Under the pieces are notes generated by a model, which saw only the letters and a list, made by a program, of their open reading frames with translations, had not been told where the DNA came from and made no database searches. From NCBI RefSeq assembly GCF_009914755.1, contig NC_060926.1: a stretch of 64,000 bases of DNA; one strand, written 5' to 3'. Each line of letters starts with the position of its first letter. Within the stretch, counting starts at the first letter, position 1. Positions 1 to 13,291 of this stretch are shown here, one piece after another. Source of the DNA: the human T2T-CHM13v2.0 reference genome, Homo sapiens. A program made the translations under genes and the position numbers.

Positions 1-1370
1 TCTACATATATGTTCCAGCATCACATTGTCTTCATTACCTGTGATCGTTAGAAACAATTTGTGGTTTTCTGTTCCCCCTAGAATTTTCTTCTGCATTTCT
101 TGCATATATTCAGAATCTGCATTTTATTTTGCTTATTCAGCTCTTATCTTTGAATAATCTGATTTTTTTTCCAATTTATGATGGTTACTTTAAATTATTT
201 TCTCACATTTACTCCCAGCTCTTCTACCAGTTTGGTGATGCATTCGCTTCTTCATCTGTAATTCTTATTAACACTTTGAAACTCCTTTACATCAATTTTG
301 TCTTTATAATTATAATGGAACAAGAGTTTTCTTGACTTTTCTTTTTTGGTTCCTGATGTATTCCAATAGAATATGACTTTGATATTATGGAATGGATAGA
401 AAGTGGTGGAACAAGAAATGGATAAATAAGCATAGTATAATAAATGAGAAGAGTTTCTCCAGCAAAGAAGAAAATAATTATCTACTTAATTTTTGGTACT
501 GGTTTAATTATTTTTGGTCCCTATGTATGAATGAATAGACATAATAAATAGTTTATAGAGTAAAACTTTTGTTTCCTTTCTAAATGCTTAAGAAAGGATT
601 CGACTATCGGCATGCAATTTTACTAAATAAATGTGAGTGAATGACATAGGAATGATTGAACTCTGGAAAAAATTTGAAAAATTGAACAAAGCCTTGTAAC
701 TTAGTTTCTGGAATGCCAGGGACATGATATAATCTTGGGGAAAACATTGTGTGCATAAAGATCATAATTAGATTTGCTAAACCAAGTATCTAAAGGATTG
801 GCTGAAAAATCCTCCTGAACCCCAGGCTGGTGGAAATGAACAGGTCGTCGGGAGACTGCTGCCCTGTGGTTAACCACTTAGGGATTAGGTTCTGGATGTG
901 GTGCCTGTTAGAGCAGTAGAGTAATTATGCATTTCCTGTAAGACTGGGATTCTTGAGAGCATTCATTAGCTCTTAGACAGATTCTTCTCTGTGAAGAAGA
1001 ATAAACAAAAATAGATTTTACTTTAAAAATATTTAAAACTAAATAGTTATAGAAAATATGAACCTAAGCACCATTAGCATTCCCAAATTTCATTTCTCAT
1101 CCTTGTCAATAGATAGATCTGACTTGTTACTCAAAATCCCTGCCATATTGTGGCTGCTTTGTATGCTTGGCATTGCTTTGCTTCTTATCAAAGGAATTTT
1201 AAGGAGGATGAGGCATGTATGAAATAGCAACTCCAACAGTTGCTATCAAAACAATAAGAAATTATTGTTGTATCATTATTCTGGCTTGTCATGGAATTTT
1301 TAATGTTTAAGAATTTTGATTTTACAAGCTTATGGCATGGAAACCATGGTTAATATATTAAAATAAAGGT

Positions 1371-1748
<378 letters not shown>

Positions 1749-2039
1749 TCAGATAAATACAGTTGAAGACGTTTAATTCTCACAGTGAAAATTAGTAAGA
1801 GTGTAGCTGTTTTTTTCCCCCACATGGGAGTTTGGTTAAGCATAGGAATACTTAGAAATTTGTATGCACTTAGATCAAACAATAAAAATTATTTACTCTT
1901 AGCTAATCTAGTTAATTATTGCTTTATGTTTGGTGCTGAAGCTGTTGGATTCTTTGGGGCTGGAGACAGGGAGTGAGAACAAAACCATGAACTAGGCCAT
2001 GTGAGAGAGCACAGGATGGAGCAAGAGATCTCAAGTAAG

Positions 2040-2660
2040 TGAAAGGGAGAGGGTGCAGGTGTGATGCAAGGGGGTGAGAGAGTGAGCCAGGGAGGGTGTT
2101 GGAAGGAGGGAGAGAGAGAAAGAGGCAGGAGACAGAAAGTGGGAGACAGGAGACAGAGAAAGAGATGGGAGACAGAGGGAGATAGGAGACAAGAGAGACA
2201 GGAGACAGATAGACAGAGAGACCATAGGCAGACAGACAGAGAGATGGGAGACAGAGACACACAGAGAAAGATGCACACACAGACAGAGAGAGGGACAGAG
2301 AGAGAAAGAGACACATTCAGAGAAGAACAGTGAGAGAGAAAGAGAGACAGGAGACACAGACACACACAGAAAGACCCATGTAGAGAGACAGAGGGAGGCA
2401 CGGAGAGAGACAGAGACACACACAGAGATACACAGAAAGAGACAGTGATGAGAGAGACACTACCAGAAGACAGAGAAGAGAGAATGGCTCACAGAGAGAG
2501 ACAAACAGGAAAAGAGAGACAAAGATAGATAAAGAGATACAGAAAGAGACACGGAGAGACTGAGACACAGAGAGAAAAAGAGAGAGACACACACACAGAG
2601 AAATAGAGAAGGTACAAAACAAGCATTAGAACCAGTCGGGAGGGACAGGGAGAGAGAGAA
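2040..2660. repeat. GA-rich low-complexity repeat, degenerate (GAGACA)n
   Basis: ~600 bp of GAGA/GACA/CACA units with a purine-rich plus strand; explains the Ser/Leu/Cys/Val-rich minus-strand ORFs. Confidence 0.95.
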
Positions 2661-3756
2661 AAATGGGCAGTAGGATGTCAGGTCTGAGGAGGTCATGTGT
2701 TTGTGATGGCGTGAGGTAACTGCTTGAATTCCCTCTTTGTGAGTTATCACCGCACAAATGTAAGTTTGTTGAATGTTAGTTATTGAATAGAAAATCATTT
2801 GAGAGACAAGTAGCAAATATACCCTATGGGTTAAATTTCTTTAGTTTCCACTTAGTCCATGTTTTCAGATCCTGAATTGGGTCCTGAGCCACATTAATCA
2901 TTACTTAATATTAATATGGAAATGAGTTTACTCTGTTGTAAGTCCCAGTTTCAATCAGTAAGTAATTATGAAAAGCAGTCTTAAAGATGCTGTGAAAGGG
3001 TGTTGCTTTTCAGGCAATAATTAAACCTCTGAATATCCCTGGGTGGTTGATTTTTTTTCTCTTCTTAGTTGTCTTTTTCCTAAGCTTACTTTCTGCAGGT
3101 GGGAAAAGATAAGTTGCTGACTGAGGGATTCATTAGTTGCGGGTAGGTAAAGGTCTCATCAAGAGCAGAAGGGAACAAACAAAATGTTTTAGAGCTCAAG
3201 ATGAAGAAAAAGAAAGATCAGCTGCTTTTTCCTGGCCCAACGGAAATAATTTTTTAAAAGTGTGAATAGAACCTTTAAAACTCCAGTTGTTTTTATAGGA
3301 ATATTTTTGAGCCACTTCTCAAAATGTGGAGCTAAATCTCCATTCTCAATGGGAGGCATCCAAACATGCTTGCCTATTTCAGTTTCTGGCCAATAGTAAA
3401 CATGTGCTCAAAAATAGTAACATTATTATTATGCATAAAACGCCCTAGGAGCTGTGCATTATTAGAGAAGTGGATCCTGAAAGACCTGTAGGCACGCTGC
3501 TCCCATGGCACCATGTGCCACTGTCTTCTGCGCCTGCCCTGCACCGCCACCCCTGCGAAGAGAACCTCTCCTACTGGAAGTGCAGGGCAAAGCCACTTTG
3601 AAAGTCCTTAAAGTATGAGGCCTTCAAGAACAAGATGCAGACAATGGGAACGTTCTTCAACTTTTTAACTGCTTAAATTGCAGTCTTCCCAACAGGATGC
3701 TAGGGAGGAACATCCTTTTGTGTACACCATACCTGGAAACACATTGTGGAGGGAAG

Positions 3757-3895
3757 TAGGGTTGCCAGATAAATGCCAGGACACCCAATTAAACCCGAAT
3801 TACAGTAAATAGCAACTAAAAAATTATTTATTGTTTTCCTGAAATTCAGATTTGACTGAGCATCCTGTATTTTTATTTGCTGAACTAGCAACTCA
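3757..3895. mobile_element. MER53 (hAT-type palindromic MITE), internally deleted
   Basis: TAGGGTTGCCAGAT...CATCCTGTATTTTTATTTGCTGAACTAGCAAC resembles both MER53 termini. Confidence 0.85.
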
Positions 3896-4680
3896 GGGAG
3901 AGTCACCTCCGTTGGGGGCTGCTGGGCCCTAACAGTCTCAGCCGGGTAGGAGTTAAATGTGCCATCCCTAGCCTGTAACACGTTCCTCTGGTCTAGGATC
4001 CTTGTACTCTCTTTTGGAAGATAGAGTAGATGTAACCAGGCATAATTATAAAAGAAAGAAAGCAGAGTTTTTGGATTCGATATTATCAGAGATTTATACA
4101 AAGTTACAGAGTAGGCAATAAAAAAATCTTAAATACATTCAATTGCTTTAGCAGCTTTGGGAAAAGTCAATGGCTGTTGATCCATCAGTTGGAAATATGA
4201 ATGTGCTTGAATCTAAACATCAACAGATTTTTTTGGGGTATTTTTGTCATTCCATCATGTACTCAAATGATTTTTAATGCATAGACATATAGTGTATTTA
4301 GTGAGGAAATAGAAGGTAATATAATAGAAAAATAATCATTGAGTGAAATACTACACTTTTTTATTACTTTGGACAGTATCTTTTAAAGATCTTGCAAATA
4401 AAAATTGTGAATAATTACTTACTTGTTATAACTTTGTCTTTTGTTCACTTTTTGAGGTGGAAAATCCTACGAGATAATAGACCCAGCTCTCATGTGCTCC
4501 CTGAATGATTTCAGCACAACTTTTTGAGCAAGTGCCTATGTTTATACATTCTGAGTTCAATTTTGAATCTCTAAGACTTAAGTTTCTCTAACTTTTACAT
4601 TCTTAGACTGAATCTGATCCATGTTGTTGAAATCTGCTTTCTCCACGTGAGTTATATAGGATATGACCAAGGAGATTTTA

Positions 4681-5086
<406 letters not shown>

Positions 5087-5543
5087 CTACTTACGTATAT
5101 ATACATGTGCTTTTTCTTTTTTTTTTTTTTTTTATCACACTGCCTTGCAGTGGAAAGTTTAAGACAAATGCATGATGACGGGACTTTGATGCACTGCCAC
5201 ATCCTGCACTTTTACAAGGCTCCCAAATGCCTTTCCCACATATTGAACTGTCACAGTAATGATCAGTGGCTTAGAATGCTTCCTGAATTCCTGACCAGCT
5301 GCCAAAACAATTGCTTAAGTAAATGTTTCCTGATGTCCAATGACCATTAACACCCTCCATATATAACTGTTGATGAACTGAACTTTTGAAGGTCTACTGC
5401 CCATTCTTAGTGAAATCTGCAAAATAAACGAGCTTTGCTGGTGTGGCCCATTGGACTAGGGAGGATAGGTAAATCTCTTCAGAGAGGGACACAGGCACTT
5501 GTCTTAAATCTGTTTCTTCACAGACCAGAGTAGGTCTCTGAAC

Positions 5544-5785
5544 TGCCAGATAAATGCCAGGTCACCCAGTTAAACCCGAATTACAGTAAATAACAACTAA
5601 AAAAATTATATGTTGTTTATAATTCAGATTTTACTGAGCATCCTATATTTTTATTTGCTAAACTAGCAACTCAGAGAGAGTCACCTCCACTGGGGACTGC
5701 CAGACCCTTACAGTCTCAGCTGGGCAGTAGTTAAATGTGTCATCCCCAGGCTGTGACAAGTTCCTTGGGCCTAGGATCCTTGTAC
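5544..5785 (+). repeat. Second copy of 3763-4007 (MER53 plus ~110 bp unique flank)
   Basis: Colinear match by eye from TGCCAGATAAATGCCAGG to CTAGGATCCTTGTAC. Confidence 0.93.
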
Positions 5786-5853
5786 CTAGGATCCTTGGTC
5801 CCCTCGTACCTAGGATCCTTGGTCCCCTCGTACCTAGGATCCTTGGTCCCCTC
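5782..5853. repeat. Minisatellite, 3 perfect copies of a 24 bp unit
   Basis: GTACCTAGGATCCTTGGTCCCCTC at 5782, 5806 and 5830, plus a partial unit at 5770-5781. Confidence 0.97.
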
Positions 5854-6793
5854 ATGGTAGGGTCACAGCAGGGCCAGCAGGAGGCAATCCGTGTTCTGAG
5901 ATCCTCATGCCTGGAACCCAGTGGAACTCTAAGACTGTCAAATACCACATTCTCTGTATAATGAAGTGAGTCCCAATAACCAGGAGGTAGCTAGGTCTGT
6001 CTTGGGCCTCCAAGAGTTCTCAAAAACCTTGTCCATGGCACCAGGGCAATGCCTGGTCTAGGGTCAAATGCCTTCTTTTCTAGTGGGCTGAAATTCATGC
6101 ATACAAGTTTTAAACCCAGAGAGACCTTTAAAACCCTGTTTGTCCCAGAACTGAAAATAGAACTAGCACTTAAGGTGAGACTATTGTCTATGATATTGAC
6201 TATGATGAGAGTTAGACCATTCGTAAGCTTGTTGACATAGCAGTGTGATATTTAAAAACTAGGCAGCCAGGGGCTTTGGTTAGGAAGTGTTTTCTGTGGT
6301 CACACAGGCCTCACAGAGCTGTTCTGGGCAGCCTGAGGGGTCTCATCATTGTTTCAGTGATGCTGTTCTGAATGAGCAGTTTGTCCTCATCATGTTCAGT
6401 TTCATGTTTTTGTTCTAAAGAGAACATTTATACCAACTTATTTCCTCTTAGGAAAAGATTGATTTTTGATGCTGGCCAGGGGCAGCTGGGGAGAGATGGG
6501 CTGTGGTAGAGTACATGATGGTCTAAACTGGGTCATCCTGTATTTTCAAGTTATCATCGAACATAGCCCCTTGTCTTTTGGTCCCAGGTGTAACCCCAGA
6601 ATCCTTCTTAACTCAGTGTTCAAAGCAGTCACTCCTCATCACTTGGCATTGGCTCATGAACTGATGCCGGTTTGACACTTTTGGTTTGGGAGGATTATTT
6701 TTTCTCCTTCCTTCTTTCAAAATTAGTATTCAAAAGCAGCCCCTTTTGGATCTTCTAAAAGCATAAGTTAGGTTGGTATCCTTTGGCTTTGAC

Positions 6794-6821
6794 AAAAAAA
6801 AAAAAAAAAAAAAAAAAAAAA
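6794..6821. repeat. Poly(A) tract, A28
   Basis: Uninterrupted A run with no adjacent Alu or L1 body. Confidence 0.95.
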
Positions 6822-7861
6822 GCCCGGGCTGGAGTCAGAAGGGTCCATTTGTCTCTGGATATGGGGCATTGTTTTAGTAGGGATTGGCACAGAGGACCTT
6901 TGCTTTTATCCTCTGGATCCCCTTGCCCTGTCACCAATGGGTATGGGTCCTAAGACTGAGTAGAGGACCTTTTAGATTTACCTTCAAAGAGGGTTAACTA
7001 GTCAATGCTCCTGTGCTTGGACAAGGTTAGTTCCTTCTCATCAATCCCTTCAACTCCCACTGGTCTTTATGAACCAAGTCTGTCTTATTTATGTGGACTT
7101 GTTAAGTTGGTGGCTTTATGTAAGCTATTGTAAAAGGCTAAACAAATTCACCTTTGAACTTATGTTTTAGAATCCTCTTTTAAAAATTATCATGCAGGCT
7201 GAGCTGTGAGTGACCTAGAATTCAAAGTGTAAGAAGCAAAACAAATTTTAAAAAATCTGCTTCCTGTCTGTGCTAATATAACCCAGCCCCTCCTGCCGTC
7301 AGCTGTCTGTGGCATTTTTAATCCACCTCTTGTTGCTGGAACCAACCCTTGTCAATGTTCTAATCTTGCAGGTCAGAGCTGTGTCTTCAGACAGTCAGAA
7401 TGCATTTACTTAAACAATAGACCCTCTTGTTGTCAGTTCTGCTGCTTTCAATAATTTACCTTGACTCGATGTTCACCAGTGTGTGCCTTCGGCAAAAGAG
7501 GCATACCTCCAAATTCAGCTGATTACTCAGCTATTCAATATCAGCGCGACTGAAGGGAACCTAGCCATCTCCATGAAGGGGTGCTTCTCCGCCAGAGCCA
7601 GTCTCCAATGTAGCAGGTGACAAGGCGAGCAGGAATGAGCCCAAACCAGGGAACATCTGGAACCCTCAAGGGAACTGCGAATGCTTCGTTTTTCTCCAGT
7701 AGAATCCCCTTCTGCATCCCTGTATTGAGCAACTGCACTCACCAAAGGCAGAAAATAGAAAGGAATTGGGGTGGGACATCACAGCCCTAAAAAGCCCTAA
7801 AAGACACTGAATTATGAATTTATAGTAACTAGTGAAAATGCTGCGGCTTAAGTAATGCTTG

Positions 7862-8113
7862 GCAAACCATCATGTATAGTTGTGTCTATTGATCACTGCC
7901 CAAGGGCACCAGCCAAGAGCTGAAGGGGGGCCAAGATCCACCTCATGTGCTGTCTGGCAGAAGGCTATGTTGGCCTGGAGCAAGGGAGGCCCTTTCAAAT
8001 ACTCCCACAGGCACCGTCCTCTCTCCAAACCTTGAACACAGCAGGGCTCATCTGCCCAGAGTGGGCACTTTTTTCATTTGGACAAAGGTGCCATATGGGC
8101 TAGTGGGGCCCTG
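7862..8113 (+). mobile_element. MER91-type hAT-Tip100 element
   Basis: 3' end ACAAAGGTGCCATATGGGCTAGTGGGGCCCTG and 5' part CACTGCCCAAGGGCACC resemble MER91. Confidence 0.65.
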
Positions 8114-8998
8114 ATGCTTACAACCAGGTCCTCAGAGTAGGTCAGACTTTTATGTGAACTCTGAATGCATCTTGGCCTCAAGGCTCAGAAAGACAGGCTC
8201 TCAATGAGATATCAGAGGCAGGAACTCTGATGGCTTGAGATGATTTCAGGTGGTGCCCACTCAGCACATGTAACCAGTTACTCTCTTTTTAAAACTCTTT
8301 CAGTCCCATTCATTAGTTAAGAAGAAAGTAAAGTACCCCTTTGTTAAAAAGGGATATCAGCAAGCGGTAGAGATACCTTAATTAGACATACCAGCCACAA
8401 AGAGAGAGCTGCACGTAGACCCAGAGGCTTCTGGGAAATTCCATAGGCATTTACTCACAGCTTTAATGTTCATTGTATTTCTTTTTAGAATTACCTTCTC
8501 CCTTTACCAAGGGCTACTGGCTTCCTATTTAAAGAAGTAAAGGCACATTGAAAAGATAAATTAATATATAAAATGAATGAATCACTTTAAAAAAGTAGTT
8601 CATAAATAATAATGATGGGCCACCTTCATTGTTTTAATCAAATCCAAGTTACTACTGGCACAGCTGAATTTAGGAAACAGTGAGTTAGTATAAAGAGACA
8701 CAGTGAGACGGAACTATTGAGAGTGAGGAAGAGAGGCCTCCACAGTAATACAGGATTCTGACAACTTCTGCTAAGAAGCAAATAAAAGGGAACATTTGCA
8801 CTGTTGTTGGAGGGATTTGGGGTTCAGATGCACAAATATGCCTGTGTGTCTGTTGTTTGTATGCTTGTTCCATAAGCAAAAGCTGAGGAATCAATTGGGG
8901 GATTTTGAATTCCTGAGGGTGGGACCAGAAGATGTAGGAGGGAGGGCAGCTATTTGGAAGTCAAGTGATTGGCCCCATATTTTTTCTGCAAGGAAGAG

Positions 8999-9290
8999 TT
9001 TGTTTTTTTGTTTTTGTTTTTTGTTTTGAGACAGAGTCTCTTTCTGTCACCCAGGCTGGAATGTAGTGGTACGATCTCAGCTCACTGCAACCTCCACCTC
9101 CTGGGTTGAAGCGATTCTCCTGTCTCAGCCTCCCAAGTCACTGGGATTAAAGGTGCCCGCCACCATACCTGGCTTATTTTTGTATTTGTTTTGTAGAGAC
9201 AGGGTTTTGCCATGTTGGCCAGGCTGGTCTCAAACTCCTGACCTCAAGTTATCCACCCGCCTTGGCCTCCAAAACCCACCATGCCCAGCC
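8999..9290 (-). mobile_element. Alu SINE (AluS) with ~20 bp deletion near its 5' end
   Basis: Reverse Alu with (TTTTTG)n tail; lacks GTGCTGGGATTACAGGCGTGAG; flanked by AAGGAAGA. Confidence 0.95.
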
Positions 9291-10151
9291 AAGGAAGAAA
9301 TTTCCAGAAAGGGAACACATCTATTAATACTTGACTCACGGTCCTTTTATATGTCCCTCTGTGTCCGTGTCCTTCACTGTCTCTCAGTCTTCCCACACAT
9401 GAATATACTTCTATGTACACATACACCACCCAGTCCACCTGTGGTTCAAATCTGCTGTCTCCCTTGAACTGTTTCCTGCAGAAGTCATGCTGTATCATGA
9501 CAGGCATGACAAAGGGAACTCAAGGCATTGTTTTCAGTCCTCTTTAGATGAAATAACACATTCAGCAGTTGGCACAAACATGGTGGAGATGAGTGCAGTG
9601 ACAGCGTTGCATGGTATCTAGTGGCAACGTTAACTTATGTTTACATGAAGAAGAAAAGTGTCCTCTGATATAATCTCAGAAAACTGCTGCCACAGGCTTT
9701 TGAAACAATTAGTTTAGACTGTTTCACAGAACATTAAGCTTAACAATGTCAGTCTGTTCCTAAATGCTGTTCAAGAAAATTTTTGCAATGAGGCCAAAAT
9801 TTAGGTTGGCAAAGGGCACCGTCAAATAGGCAATCTCATCTGATTATTTATAAACAGCTTTTTTGAGATACAATTGACCTACAATAAACTGTACATATTT
9901 AAAGTGTACAGTTTGCTAAGTTTGGACATATGTAGTATAGATCTGTGAAATTATCACCTCAGTCAAGATAATGAACACATTCATCACCCCCAAATGTTTT
10001 CTCTTGCCCCTTGGAAATCTCTACCTCCCACCCATCTCTGCCTGCCCTGTTGCCCAGGCAGGGAAGTACTTTCTGCCAGTATAATTTGCATTTTGTCTGG
10101 CTTCTTTCACTCAGCATCATTTTTGTGATGTTCATACACGTTGTGCATATC

Positions 10152-10458
10152 TTTTTTTTTTTTTTTTTTTTTTTTGAGACGGAATCTTTCTCTCTTGCCC
10201 AGGCTGGAGTGCAGTGGCATGATCTCAGATCACCGCAACTTCTGGCTCCCGGGTGCAAGCAATTCTCCTGCCTCAGCCTCCTAAGTAGCTGGTATTACAG
10301 GCTCATGCTGCCACACCCAGCTAATTTTTTATATTTTTGTTAGAGATGGGGTTTCACCATGTTGGTCAGGCTGGTCTCAAACTCCTGACCTCAAGTAATC
10401 TGTCCACTTCGGCCTCCCAAATTGCTGGGATTACAGGTGTGAGCCACCGCACCTGGCC
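10152..10458 (-). mobile_element. Alu SINE (AluS) nested in L1
   Basis: Poly-T followed by a reverse dimeric Alu ending ACCTGGCC. Confidence 0.97.
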
Positions 10459-11289
10459 ATGTATATCATTATTTTTACTGCTGAATAACTATCCATTGTA
10501 TCGTTATGCCCACAATCTGTTTATCCATTTGCCTGTTGATGGACATTTGGGTTGGCTTTAGTTTTGAGCTATTACAAAGAAAGCTTGTATGAACATTTGT
10601 GTACAGATCTTTGTATGGATATATGTTTTCTTTTCTGTTGGGTAAACAGCTAGGAGTGCAATGGCTGGAACATTTGGTAGTTGTGTAGACAGTGTTTTTC
10701 AAACACTGATATGATTTCATGTTCCCATAAGCAATGTATGAGAGTTCTAGTTACTCTGCATCCTCACCAACACCCAGTATGTTAGCTATTTTATCTTGTG
10801 GGTTTAAGAGATAAAATGGCTAACATACCGTGTGTTGGTAAGGTTGCATCTCCCAACTGAGTAATGATGTTAATCATTCTTTATGTGTTATTCATCATTT
10901 ATATACCATTTCCTTTGGTGAGGTGTCTGCCCATTTAAAAATTTGGATTGTTTTCTCATTATTTGTTTTGAGCATTCTTATATATTCTGTATGCAAATTC
11001 TCTATCAGATAGATACTTTGCAAATCTTTTATTATAATCTGTGGCTTGTCTTTTTATTCTCTTAACAATGTATTTCAAAGAAGTGAATAATTAAATATTG
11101 ATGAAATTTATCAAAATTTTTACTGGATCTTGCTTTTAGTGTTATATGTAAGAAATCTTTGCCTAACCCAAAGTCATAAAGATTTTCTCCTATATTTTCT
11201 TCCAGAAGTTTTATAATTTCAGGTTTTACTTTTGTGTCTATGATCCATATTCACTTATTGTTTTTCTTAGTTGGAATTTAATTAAGAAA

Positions 11290-11427
11290 GTTTAAAATTT
11301 ATAATTGACACATAATTATGCATATTTATGGGGTACGATGTGATGTTTCAATGCATGTATATATAGTGTAAAGATCAAATTGGGATAATTATCATATCCA
11401 TAACTTTAAACAATTATCATTCCTCTG
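11290..11427 (-). mobile_element. L1MA-type 3' end fragment nested in the older L1
   Basis: ATAATTGACACATAATTATGCATATTTATGGGGTACGATGTGATGTTTCAATGCATGTAT resembles a reverse L1MA 3' terminus. Confidence 0.7.
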
Positions 11428-13291
11428 AATGGTTCAACTTTTTGTGAATATACATCCAATTGCTCCAGCACCATTGCTGAAAAGTCTATCCTTTTCTCCA
11501 TTGAATGGCCATTGCACATTTGTCAAGAATCAGTCATTTGTATATTTGTTAATATATGTCTATTTCTTGACCCTATTCTGTTCCATGGACCCATGTGCCA
11601 CCCTTGTCTTGATTACTGCAGCTATGTGATAAGTCTTAAAATCAAGTGGTTGATTTGGCTATTCTGGGTCCTTTTGCATTTTGATATGGATTTTGGAATA
11701 AGAATCAGCCTGTTGCTTTCTACAAAATAAAAAGCTCACTGGGATTTTGATTGTATGGTGTATATAATGATTAAGGGAGAATTGCAATTTTAATATAATA
11801 ATATGTGTCTTCCAATCCATGAACAATGCAGTAACTCAGCATTTATTTAAGTTTTCTTTACGTTGTTTCAGCAATGTTGTGTAGTGAATAATTCTTTCAC
11901 ATTATTGTCAGATTTACCCCTCAATGTTTCCATTTTCTGTGGTATTTATAAATAATAATGGCTGAAAATTTTTTTAATTCCTGATTGTTGCTGGTATGTA
12001 GAAATACAGTTGATTTTTGTGTATTTATCTTACTGCATCCTACAGACTGACTAAAGTCATTTAGTAGTACTAGTAGCTTTTTTGATGCTTCCATCAGATT
12101 TTCTACATAGATTATTATGGCATGCTCCAATAAAGATAGTTTTACTTCTGTCTGGATGGCTTTTGTTTCTTTGTCTTGACTTATTGCACTGGCTAGATCC
12201 TCCTGTGCAATACTGAACAGAATGGTGAGAGCAGACATCTTTGTTTCTCCTCATAAGGGAAAGCATTCAATCTTTCACTATTAAATAGTATATTAACTGT
12301 AGGTTTTTCATAGATACTGTACTCTATCAGGTCCAAAAATCCCATTCTATTTGTAGTTTGCTGAGAGTTTTTATTGGGAATGGATATTGAATTTTGCCAA
12401 ATTATTTTCCTGTGTCTCTTGAGATAATCATATGGTTTTTCTTTTTAAGTTTGTTAATATGGTAAATTACACTGACTTTTTTTCATGAATTTTAAACCAA
12501 CCTTGCATTCCTGTAGTAAAACCTATGTGTTCATGATATATTGTTTTATGTATTGTTAGATTCAATTTGCAAAAATTTGTTTTGAATTTTTGCATCTATG
12601 TTCATGAGGAATATTGGTTTGCAATTTTCTTTTATTATAATGTATATTTCTTCTTTTGGTATTAGAGTAGTGCTGATTTCATGGAATAAGTATTTCTCCA
12701 TTTTAATTTTCTGGAAGTTTATATACAGTTGGTATTATTTCTTCCTTACATTTGGTAGAATTTGCCAGTGAAGACATCTTGGTCTGGTGTTTTCTTCATG
12801 GGAAGATTTTTAACTACAAATACAATTGCTCTAATAGATGTAGGGCTATTCAAAGGTTGCCAGTTTTTCTTGAGTAAGCTTTGGTAGATTGTACCTTTTA
12901 AGTATTTTTATATTTAATCTATGTTTTTGAAATTACTGGTATAAAGTTGTTTATAATATTCCCTTACTGCATTTCTAATATCTGTAGAATATGTTATGTT
13001 GTCAACTGTTTCCTTCCTCCTTTTTGATATTGATAATTTGTGTTTTTTTCCTTATTTTCCTAATCAATCTGTATGGAAGGTTATGAAATGATTGATCTCA
13101 AAGAACCATCTTTTGGTTTTGTTTATTTTCTCTATTGTTTTTCTGCTTTCTATTTTATTTATTTCTGCTTTGTCCTTTTTAATTTTGTTTCTTCTGCCTA
13201 TTTTGGGGGCTAATTCCTCCCCTCTTTTTTTTACTCTCTTAAAGTAGAAGCTGAGGTAATTGATTTGAGAACTTTTTTTTCAATACCAATA

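Noticed and set aside
1916-2816. Overlapping 90-167 aa ORFs
   Set aside because: Translations of the stop-poor GA/CT low-complexity repeat; no domain or splice context
5770-5853. CRISPR-like short palindromic repeats or a synthetic polylinker
   Set aside because: Units are contiguous with no spacers, there are no cas genes, and the unit core also occurs in the paralogous genomic copy near 3993-4007
5658-5961. ORFs with repeated PRILGPLV / GPRILGTR peptides
   Set aside because: A by-product of the 24 bp tandem unit being a multiple of 3
11921-12238. Reverse-transcriptase-like ORF
   Set aside because: Decayed L1 ORF2; the catalytic FADD is replaced by LEHA and the frame is broken
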